DNA of 64,000 nt, taken from Macrostomum lignano (lineage: Eukaryota). The DNA is taken from the NCBI GenBank assembly GCA_002269645.1, contig NIVC01002321.1, forward strand, positions 120,193 through 184,192, in the 5' to 3' direction. Positions 38,769-48,400 of the stretch are shown here, piece after piece. The position numbers and the translations under genes are program-made. Every line of letters starts with the position of its first letter. The stretch's first letter is position 1. The notes beneath the pieces are model-generated. The model did no database searches. It saw only the letters and a program-made list of their open reading frames with translations, and was not told the DNA's origin.

Positions 38769-39676
38769 ATGTTAAAAGATGGCAAGCAAGCTAAGCAAGT
38801 TTCTCTCTCTGTCGGTCCCATGCGCGGCGTAGTCTCCGGAATTACTTCGTTAAGAACTGAGGTAAGCTTCCATAATTTGCTATTTTGCTTCATATATATA
38901 CTTTTTTTATAAAATCAATCCACTTAAACAACATCGTTTTTTACTAAACCAGATTAGGGATGGCAAGAAGAACAAATGGTTTTCGTTTTTGATGTCAGAT
39001 GAGTCAGGTGAAATCAGAGTGGCAGTTTTTGGCGATGAGTTGCAAGAACACTGGAGCATTTGCGAAAACGGGCAAACAATCTCCATCCGTGAAGGAATGG
39101 TAAAGTGTGCTAATCCAAAATTCAACCGAACAAGCAATATGCATGAAGTTACTCTGTCAATCAATGAGGATAACAAGGACTCTCTCCGCCAGTGTAGCGA
39201 TGCGATAGTTCCCATAAATGGTCCGTTCAAAGCGCTCTCCGAACTACCAAGAATTGGAGTGAATGGGTAAGTCCATCCTCAAAATGTAGAATAAACAGGA
39301 AGATATATATACTTCACACATTTTCATTCTTCATATTTTCAGTTTTGTTGATGTTCTCGGTGTCATTGTCAAAGTGGAACAACCCGTTGACGTCAACACG
39401 CGTTCCGGAAAGTTGGTGCAGCTCGCAAAAGTCTGCATCGTAGACAAATCTGGTTTTCAGACTTTTTGCAACTTCTGGGACGCCCTTGCTACCCAGGTAC
39501 ATTTGTGGAGACCAGGAGACGTAGTCGCCATTAGAAAAGCCAAGATTCAAGAGTACGCCGGCTCGCTTTGTCTTGGTTGCTCATCATCAACTATTTCGTA
39601 TTCGCCTGTTCACGACACTGCTCAAGATCTGAAAACCTGGTACGAAGAGTCCGAGTTTCCGAATTTCTACCGCTAG
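38769..39676 (+). CDS. RPA70-like ssDNA-binding protein with two OB folds (246 aa); exons 38769-38861, 38953-39266, 39343-39676
   Basis: GTAAG/AG introns keep the frame. FSFLMSDESGEIRVAVFG...KCANPKFN resembles DBD-A; VDVLGVIV...IVDKSG...CNFW...AIRKAKIQEYAG...DLKTWY resembles DBD-B. Confidence 0.85.
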
Positions 39677-40721
39677 CTAATAGCTCAACTATGGACATTA
39701 CTGACACCGCAGCTGACGACGTGCTTGCATTTGAATTCCCAGCGTCGATGCAGCCGCATATCGACCGGATGCGTCGAGTTGTTATCCGCTGTGGAGCGCA
39801 ACGGGTACTTATATATACATGTGTATATTAACGGGTATGATTTGACTTTTTAATAGTTTGTACTTGAAGAACACATTAATACACTTTCCATTTTAGTACG
39901 TCGGCCTGTTGAACATTTGTAACGAATTCCTATGAAAGATGGAAAGCTTACGGGAAACTCCCTGAAAAATACGGGAATCTGCTACAACCCCAAGTAACCG
40001 AGGATATTTTATGGTTAAATAATTATTTAGGATATGCTGCAAGTAATTTTAGGTTGCTGTTTAAGTTAATCGTTGTCGATTACGTTAAGATTAAATGCTG
40101 CTGAAAATTTCAATTTGCTAGATCAAACTTTTGTTCTCAAACTTTCAAGCAAATTAACTACTACTTAAATTTGTTCCAGAATTTTTAATCGAATAAAACT
40201 AAACTAACCCAACTAACTAAACTATACTAACTAACTAAATTCACCCGCAAAAATACAATTGTAACCTTATGCCACATGCTAAAAGTAATAATTAAAAGCG
40301 AGTCTCTGAAATAAAAAGTGATAAGTTTGCCCGCAATAACTTCAACATGTCCATGGTCGGATGCTTTTCTTACTTGTTCTGTATATCAGCATACTTTTGA
40401 GTACAAAATGGACGTCGGTTTTATTTGATTGTTAATTTAGGCCTTAAAAATCCAATGGAAGATTGCGTCTAATCCAAAGAGAACTGTACAGTCTCCCCCC
40501 GAAGGGGGGGGCAAATTCGCTAGTCATATACCTAAAGTTGAGTTTGTCTGTCTGTGCGCGTCACGTTTCCGGGCGAACGGCTGGTCCGCCGTCCGTGGGA
40601 CCTGTACCATTCGATGGCACATCTTTCTGGGACAATGTGGCATGTTTCAAATCGCCTTAATGTTGACAGGGAGCTTGGCAATGTGGGAAAAACTGTATTT
40701 TTCCTATCTCCTTAGTGCATT

Positions 40722-41443
40722 CTAGCAACCAAAGTCATAAAAGCAAGTTGCAGTTAAAAGCAACAAAAAACGAGACCCCAGCAACCAAAGCACGAGACCG
40801 TAGCAACCAAAATCAAAAATACCCTGGCAACCAAAATACGAGACCCTAGCAACCAATTCGAAGACCCTAGCAACCAATCCGAAGACCCTAGCAACCAATC
40901 GAGGACCCTAGCAACCAATTCGAGGACCCTAACAACCAATCCGAAGACCCTAGCAACCAATTCGAAGACCTTAGCAACCAATTCGAAGACCCTAGCAACC
41001 AATCCGAGGACCCTAGCAACCAATCCGAGGACCCTAGCAACCAATTCGAGGACCCTAGCAACCAATCCGAAGACCCTAGCAACCAATTCGAGGACCCTAG
41101 CAACCAATCCGAGGACCCTAGCAACCAATTCGAGGACCCTAGCAACCAATCCGAGGACCCTAGCAACCAATCGAGGACCCTAGCAACCAATTCGAAGACC
41201 CTAGCAACCAATTCGAGGACCCTAGCAACCAATTCGAGGACCCTAGCAACCAATTCGAGGACCCTAACAACCAATCCGAAGACCTTAGCAACCAATTCGA
41301 GGACCCTAGCAACCAATTCGAGGACCCTAGCAACCAATTCGAGGACCCTAGCAACCAATTCGAAGACCCTAGCAACCAATTCGAGGACCCTAGCAACCAA
41401 TCCGAGGACCCTAGCAACCAATTCGAGGACCCTAGCAACCAAT
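40722..41443. repeat. 21-bp minisatellite (CCTAGCAACCAATTCGAGGAC)n
   Basis: About 30 copies. Confidence 0.93.
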
Positions 41444-41894
41444 GAACTCATGAACATTGAGATTTATCGTGTTTTGAAATAAATCTGCCTTCGCCCCTTT
41501 CTTTCGATGCACAAGCGCAAAGAACTGATTTAATTGTAGACGAATCGACTCTCGAATCTTCCCCCTTTATTTCAAAACACGAGCGAGACAAACAAAATTG
41601 TCTATGGCAATCATCAACCAATGAAAAGGCACGGGGGGAACCGGATGCAAAAGAGTCAAAAACGAAAATAGCCAGAGCCAGAATAGCAATCCATTCTATT
41701 CATTCATCCATGGTTCTGCTATTCTGCTAAATTCTGCTATTCTGCTAAAGAGTCTATGGTCTTTTGTGTCGTAAGCGCAAACGCGGTGCGGTCGCGATTT
41801 CTTTGGTTTCTTTGGCTATACATAAAAATTTTTTTGCAAATAAGTACAAGATGTGAAAGTCACACTACACAGCATTTCAGTATTATTTTAAGTA

Positions 41895-42498
41895 TACTTT
41901 TTTGCGATTGAATTCGTCCAAACTGCAAAACCTTTCGTCCACTAACGCTTTCTTAATGGGAGCTAAATTTAGATTATACCATAGACAACTGTGTTCACGC
42001 AAAACGGTTCATCCAGTTTGTAAAACATTTCTTCTTCTTCGTCCATCTGCTGATGGTAGCTTCTCGATCAATGCGCCCGGTTTGAACGTAGGTGTCGACA
42101 ATCGTTTTGGCTGTCTTTCTCTTGATCCCAAGGATATCGGCCAGTTGTTTCCAATCGCGGCCTTCTTCAACAGCCAAGGCTAATCGCCTGCGGTCTTCGT
42201 TTGACACTGGATGGTAGGGGCCTCTGTTCATCTTCGACTGTTTTGCCGGGTTCAGAATGGAAGATATGCGTTGCTGTAGCTGTAGTGGTAGCAAAAGCGA
42301 ACTGTCAATTGGGTGTTAACTATGGTAGGAACAGTACACTCGGTCTCTAGTCTAGGGGATGAAATGTTTTACAAACTGGATGAGCCGTTTTGCGTGAACA
42401 CAGTTGTCTATGGTATGATCTAAATTTAGCTCCCACTAAGAAAGCATTTGTGGACGAAAGGTTTTGCAGTTTGGACGAATTCAATCGCAAAAAAAGTA
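41895..42498 (-). mobile_element. Internally deleted IS630-Tc1-mariner element with TIRs of about 137 bp and a TA target duplication
   Basis: 41895-42031 is the inverted repeat of 42361-42498; TA on both flanks; the internal ORF encodes an N-terminal HTH (SNEDRRRL...WKQLADILGIKRKTAKTIV). Confidence 0.85.
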
Positions 42499-43762
42499 TA
42501 TTTCCGTTGCATTGTCTATTGCGATTTGTTATCGAATTTTAATAATATCAATTAAAATTATGTTGGCTCACATACTGTAAGACTAGGATTCCGAGGATTT
42601 GCATCCCATAGATTGGAATTTTTCACGGATGGGACAATTTAATGGGGGAGTTCTGCAATAGATTAGAATTTTCCGTGGATGGGACACTTTAAGCGGGGGG
42701 TTCTGCTAGAGCTAACTATAATTCCCGCAATCGAAACGTGTATAGGGTGACCCACGTTGTCTGTCGCTATTTTGCATCCCAGCTTATCCGCAGTTCATTG
42801 ACATTCGACAAAATCATTCTTAAAACATCGAAATAATGTCAACATACTCTGAGATCGACGAAGAAAAGCTTTCTTTGTCTGATATGCCTGACGAGTTGTT
42901 AAAAAAGGTTCGATGGGTAAGTGAAATTGTCACGTTTTTGCATCCGAAGTACAACATAATTCCTTTGACAGCTCTCTATAAGCTTTTAATTCAACATCTA
43001 GCCTAATTTTATTTGTTATGAAGGTGAAATTTAGCAATTTACGTTTGTTTCTATGGCTGTCTACAAAAAATTAATTTTTTTATTAATATTTTAGCATTTC
43101 AATTAAGATTCGCATGTGTTAACGAAAGTAGTTGACCATCACCGTTTAGTGTGACTATGCCAGCTCGTAACACTTTAAAACCACAAAAGCACTATCAAAA
43201 CAATCGATATGCAGTATTAAGATGCGTTTTTTGGAGATTTTAAATGCTGTAAATGCTTTCGAACAGTTCAGTTTTTTCAATAACTTCCTGTACACGTACA
43301 TAGCACAGTGCACAGTACGTACATCCCTATACTGTACGTTGACTATTACTTTGCTACTCCATCAAATGAAAATGAAAAGTACTTTTTTACACGATAAATT
43401 ATCTGCTTTTCGAAGTTTCTAAGCCTTTATATAGATTATATTGGTAAATTAGTTCTCCTTTTTTGGCTTGAATGATTTAGTTTGATCCCCATGTCACGTA
43501 GCCCTGTATCCTACAGGGGTATGCGGCAGTATGGTTAGCGAATAGCTTTAAAGTATGTAAAGCAAATCAATAGTTAAATCCATATTAACAACTTTACTTG
43601 TCTACTTTGTAAAATAAAATTACCCCGAGTGCTGTCAATGAGTTGTAGAGTTGTAAATTGTTCATTCTGATCGCTGCAATCTGCAGCTTTAAGTTATGAA
43701 ATTTACTTTAGCTTTTGATTGGTACGAATTTTATTTAATTTATTTTATAAAATAAATTTCAG

Positions 43763-43937
43763 ATCTGTCGGATTAATTGGCAACTCCCAGAAGGGAGACC
43801 CGTATCACGGATCGGAGAAGCGGTCCCGGCGAGAAATTGCCAATTGCAACGAGCGGCGTCGAATGCAAAGCATCAATTCTGGCTTCGAGTCGCTCAAGAC
43901 TCTGTTGCCAACGGAAGATGGCGAAAAGTTAAGCAAG
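43763..43937 (+). CDS. TFAP4: bHLH transcription factor AP-4, basic/helix 1 exon (upstream coding exon not identified)
   Basis: RREIANCNERRRMQSINSGFESLKTLLPTEDGEKLSK; CAG acceptor and AAG|GTAAGT donor. Confidence 0.93.
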
Positions 43938-44350
43938 GTAAGTTTAAGGAAAATCCAGTGTATTAACGGTGTCCTAGTGTGTGTCTGGGTAATCCCTATC
44001 CCCGGTCAGCTGTTTAAACTTAGGACTTAGCCAGTGTGGCACTAATGTGCAATAGGCCTAGGCTAGGATTATTTTAGGATCTGTCAGACTGCCAAGTTCA
44101 CTAAAGCACTGAAATGTACGCAATGCGCGCACTATACTACTTAAATACTCCCTCAGTAGAAATAGTAGGTTTTTGTACGCGCATTTTCTAGCTGCTCGTA
44201 TGTGCACCCTAAAAAAATAGTTGGAAAACCGGCCTGATTCTTAAAATAGCAAAGAATTGAGTGCCGATTTTTAACAAATCCGACTTGCTTCTATTTTAGT
44301 AAGTCAACTCGTGTAAAAAAATTGTCGCACACAATTTCAACGCATTTCAG

Positions 44351-44968
44351 GCAGCCATTCTACAACTAACGTCCAAGTACATTCAACATCTTGTTGGCGA
44401 AAATCGACGAATGCGCGACCAGTTGTCGCAGATGCAGCAGCAGCAGCAGCAGCAGCAACAACATCAGCAGCAACCGCCGCAGCAGCCTCGTAACACCGAT
44501 GTGCTGCTAGCCGCATCTGATGTTGCGTTAAGAAAGCGTAAACTGCCCGCCGCTCCTGACGACAGCGACGGCGGAGGAGGAGGAGGAGGAGGCGGCGGCG
44601 GAGTCTACATTGGCTACTTCCAGCAGCAGGGCAATCACACTATTATTCGGGCGCAGCCCCAGCAGCAGCAGCAGCAGCAGCAGCATCCAACCTTCCAACT
44701 AGCTGTCAAGCCTGACTATGAGCAATTCGTTATCGAACCGCCTGTTCACCAACTGCAGCAACAGCATCAGCAGCTTCCCCTGCCTACAAAGCCTAAGCGA
44801 CTCGAGCACCTAATGATGGCCATCGAACGCATCGAAGGCCAATCAAATTTGCAGCAGCAAGAGCAGAATCAGTCTCAATCTATTGCTGTTTCCTCTGAGC
44901 ATAGGCCCTGCTCTACAGAAGCGGCCCGTTGCCTGTTGCAGCAGCAGGAGAGCAGGAGAAGAGAATGA
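44351..44968 (+). CDS. TFAP4: AP-4 last exon, 5' part: helix 2 and polyQ; now ends 6 codons into inserted element 1
   Basis: CAG|GCAGCC gives AAILQLTSKYIQHL...; host sequence ends at CLLQQQ (44947). Confidence 0.88.
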   Translation, partial: AAILQLTSKYIQHLVGENRRMRDQLSQMQQQQQQQQQHQQQPPQQPRNTDVLLAASDVALRKRKLPAAPDDSDGGGGGGGGGGGVYIGYFQQQGNHTIIRAQPQQQQQQQQHPTFQLAVKPDYEQFVIEPPVHQLQQQHQQLPLPTKPKRLEHLMMAIERIEGQSNLQQQEQNQSQSIAVSSEHRPCSTEAARCLLQQQESRRRE

Positions 44969-45351
44969 GGAGGGTGTATGCTAGCACGAAAGGCAGGAAG
45001 AGAGACCCTGGGTTCAACTGCAGAGAAGACGAGGTGAGCTACAGAAGAATGCGCACGGGGCACTCGATTGAGCTGGCTGCCTACAGGAGAAGAATTGGGC
45101 TGCAGGAGGAAGGACGGTGCCGGTGTTGCGGCATGGAAGAAGAGACGATGGAGCATATCTGGAACTGCCCGGCGACGGATGGCAGAAGGAGGATGCGGTG
45201 CTGTGAAGGCATACAGGCGGTCTGCGAGCAACCGAAGGAAGCCCGGAGTTACTGGGAGTGGTGGAGAAGCCTCCCACAGTGGGGAGCCAATATCGAGGAT
45301 GAAACGGACAGGGCGGTGTAGCCGTGTAGTTGGCATCAACAACAACAACAA
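44948..45351 (+). mobile_element. Element 1: heavily 5'-truncated non-LTR retrotransposon (C-terminal zinc-knuckle end, probable (CAA)n tail)
   Basis: RRMRTGHS...CRCCGMEEETMEHIWNC (CCHC); stop at 45321; flanked by CAG runs on both sides. Confidence 0.8.
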
Positions 45352-45379
45352 CAGCAGCAGCAGCAGCAGCAGCCTCAGC

Positions 45380-45486
45380 GGGACCAGACGATCATGGTGC
45401 AGGAAGGCCATCACCTTCCTGTGGCAAGCGACCTCCTCCACGAGGGGCCCCTGGACGCCCGCTGCACGCGGGTGACGAAGTGTCGC
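45380..45486 (+). ncRNA. Candidate HDV-like self-cleaving ribozyme at the 5' end of element 2
   Basis: Folded by hand: P2 GCGAC/GTCGC, L3 TCCACG, P1.1 CC/GG, P4 CGCCCGC/GCGGGTG, J4/2 CGAA (C at 45476), imperfect P1 GGGACC/GGCCCC. Confidence 0.6.
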
Positions 45487-48400
45487 AACCATCAGGGATG
45501 CTGCAACTATCAACATCTTGGCCCAGCCCACGTCCCCACTGCCAGACTCGATGAGGCAGAAATGGACGGAAATATCAATACGGTCCTGCGGCTGAGGGGA
45601 GGAGACGCGGTCCACGACGCGCCCAACCCCCACCCCAGGCGGAGTAGGATACAGCACAGGCGCAGCTCCAAACCCGGCCCAGAGCTCCAGGTCCTTCAAT
45701 TCAACTGTAATGGATTGCAGGCCCGTCGCACGGAGCTAGCCGAGAGATTAGCCCAGCTGCGCCCCTGCGCGGTCCTTCTCCAAGAGACTAAACTCCGCCC
45801 TGGCGCCACCTTCCAACCGCCGCACGGGTACAGTGTGGCAGCGCGCAAGGACGGACTGCCGAAAGCCGATTCTGAGGTCCTCCTCGACCAACCGACCATC
45901 GCCGCGACCACCACGGCCCATGGGGCTGCCGCTACGAACAACGACCCGCTCTCGGCAGACGGCGGGCGCCTCCCGCCTCGCCCGAGATGCCGCCTCAGAT
46001 GGCCGGAGGAGAAGGCAAGATGGTGCCTCGGTTGCCGCAGCGGACGAACTGCATGTAGCGAACGGAACCGCCCATGGCCTGAGCCTCGTTCCGCTCCACC
46101 GGACCGCACCCCGGACCCCTCGGCAAGCCCCGAACAGTCGAAACCGGCAGCAACTAAAGCAATCCAAGGCGCCAGTGCTAGCGCTCGCTCCTCCTCTACC
46201 TGGCAATGCCCTGTTTGCTCCCGCCCGACCGGCCGGGGATATAGTGTCCAGTGCCAAGGCTGCAAGGAGTGGCTGCACCTCAAATGCAGCCAACTCCCCA
46301 GCACGAAAGCCTACAGAGCCGACTTCCACGGCCCATGTTGCCAAGAATCCGCCAGGTCCAACCAACAACAGACGCAGGAGCAGGAGCGCACGACCAACCG
46401 CCCTGCAGACACCCCGGCGCCAAGACCGACCGTTGTCGACGCCCGGCCGGACAGCAGCCATAACCCAAAAAAAATCCACAAAAAAATCCAGTGCGCTACC
46501 GGCCGCGGAGGCGTTATGATCCTGGTCCGCAAGGACATCGCCTTCAACGAACCATGGAGCAACGACCACGCTCAGCTCGACCTCACCGCTTGCACTATCG
46601 CTATCCCGGGGGCCGGTGCCATCAAGCTCGTGTCGGTCTACGCCCCCCAGATAGCAACCAACGCCAAGAGCTTTGGCAACCAAAATGGGACGACATCCCA
46701 ACTGCCAACAAATCCATCGTAGCGGGTGATTTTAATGGATACGGGAGCTGGGACCACCACCAGCCCGACGACGATCGGGGCGCCAGCATCGAGGAATGGG
46801 CGCTTCGCAAAAGCCTACACCTCTGCAACCGGGACGCCACGCACACCCGTACCAACCCGGCGACCGGCGGACTCAGCTGCCCGGATACCACCTGGTGCAC
46901 CAGTGGCCTAGCCACAGCCCTCAAGACATCCTGGCGCACTATTGAAGACCTCGGCAGCGACCACCTGCCCATCGTTTTCACCCTTACTAAGGCCAAAACG
47001 ACCGCCAAGCAACAACATAGAGCGAAATGGTGCTTCGCCAAAGCCGACTGGACGTCCTTCAAGGCCGAGCTCGACCGCGCAGAAGACCATCTGAAACCGT
47101 CCTCAGCCACCTCTGGCTCGCGGATTGACGCCGACCACCAGCGTCTCTGTCAATCGATTCTCACGGCGGCCGCCGGCTCCATTCCGCGTGGATGTCGACA
47201 GAGGCGAGGCAAACCCTTCTGGACGGATGCGTGCACCGAGGCCTGCAGGAACTGCAGCAGCGCCAGAAAGCAAGCGGAGCGCTCCAAAACACCGGAAGAC
47301 CTCAGCGCGTACCACACGGCCAGACGCGTGGCAGACGCGACCATCAAAGCGGAGAAAGCCAACTTCTGGAACCAGCGCGTCGCCGAGCTGAACGTCAACA
47401 GCGACCTCTTTGCGCTGACCAGAGCGATGAGAGGAGACCCGCCACCTCCGCCTAGCAACTGCGCGCTGGTGCTACCTGCCGACGAGGCCCGCGGCAGACC
47501 GGGGAAGGCGCTCACAACTGACCGCGACAAAGCTAACGCATTTTGCGCTATCTACGCGGAGGTCTCCCGCATCAAACGACACAAAGACGACCGCAGCATC
47601 AACCGCGACGCCTTCGCCGCCATGCGCACAGTATGTAGCGCACACACGTCAACCGCCAGATCAGGCCTGTGCAAGGAGTTCAACATCACCGAACTCCGCT
47701 CCGCCATCCGCTCCCTTAAGTCCAGAAAGAGCCCAGGCCCGGACGAGGTGACAAACGAAATGCTCAAACGCCTCCCGGCCCGCAGCGAGAACAGGCTCCT
47801 GAATCTCATTAACAAAGCCTGGCTCTCTGGACGCTGTCCGCATCAGTGGCGCCGGGCCATCATCATCCCGATACCCAAACGCGGAAAACGCGCGGATGAC
47901 CCCGGCAGCTATCGCCCAGTGGCCCTGACTAGCTGCATAGCCAAAGTCGCCGAAAAAATGGTTTACCTCCGCCTGCGCCACGACCTCGAAGACCGCGGGA
48001 TGCTCAGCTCGGTGCAGGCTGGATTCCGCCAGGGCCGATCGTGCGAAGAGCAGATCGCTCGCATCGCCCAGGCAATCTTCGACGGACTAGAGGACCCGCA
48101 GGCTCAACGAGCAGTGCTCTGCCTGCTTGACTTCTCGAGGGCCTACGACAGGGTCTGGCGCAAGGCCCTCATCTGTAAGCTTCGCGAACTCGGCGTCCCC
48201 GTCTGCTTTCTCAGATGGATTAACAGTTTCATCAATGACAGACGCGCAAAGGTCCGCTTCGGCAGCGCCACCAGTAAGGAGCGAGTGTTTCGCGAGGGAC
48301 TGCCCCAAGGGAGCGTCATCGCCCCGCTCCTCTGGCTGGTTTACGTGAACGACCTGCCAAAGGCCATCGCGGAAGCCGCCCCGGAGGTCGAGACCAGCCT

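Larger units (their letters stand above)
37329..40523 (+). mobile_element. Helitron, internally deleted; 5' boundary uncertain
   Basis: PIF1-type helicase C-terminus, RPA70-like gene, and a canonical 3' end: CCCCCC-GAA-GGGGGG hairpin, short spacer, CTAG (40520-40523), then T. Confidence 0.8.

Noticed and set aside
46643-46648. Programmed -1 frameshift separating an ORF1 and ORF2 in element 2
   Set aside because: The break lies in the middle of the APE domain in a plain C run with no slippery heptamer; a sequencing indel or a mutation is simpler.
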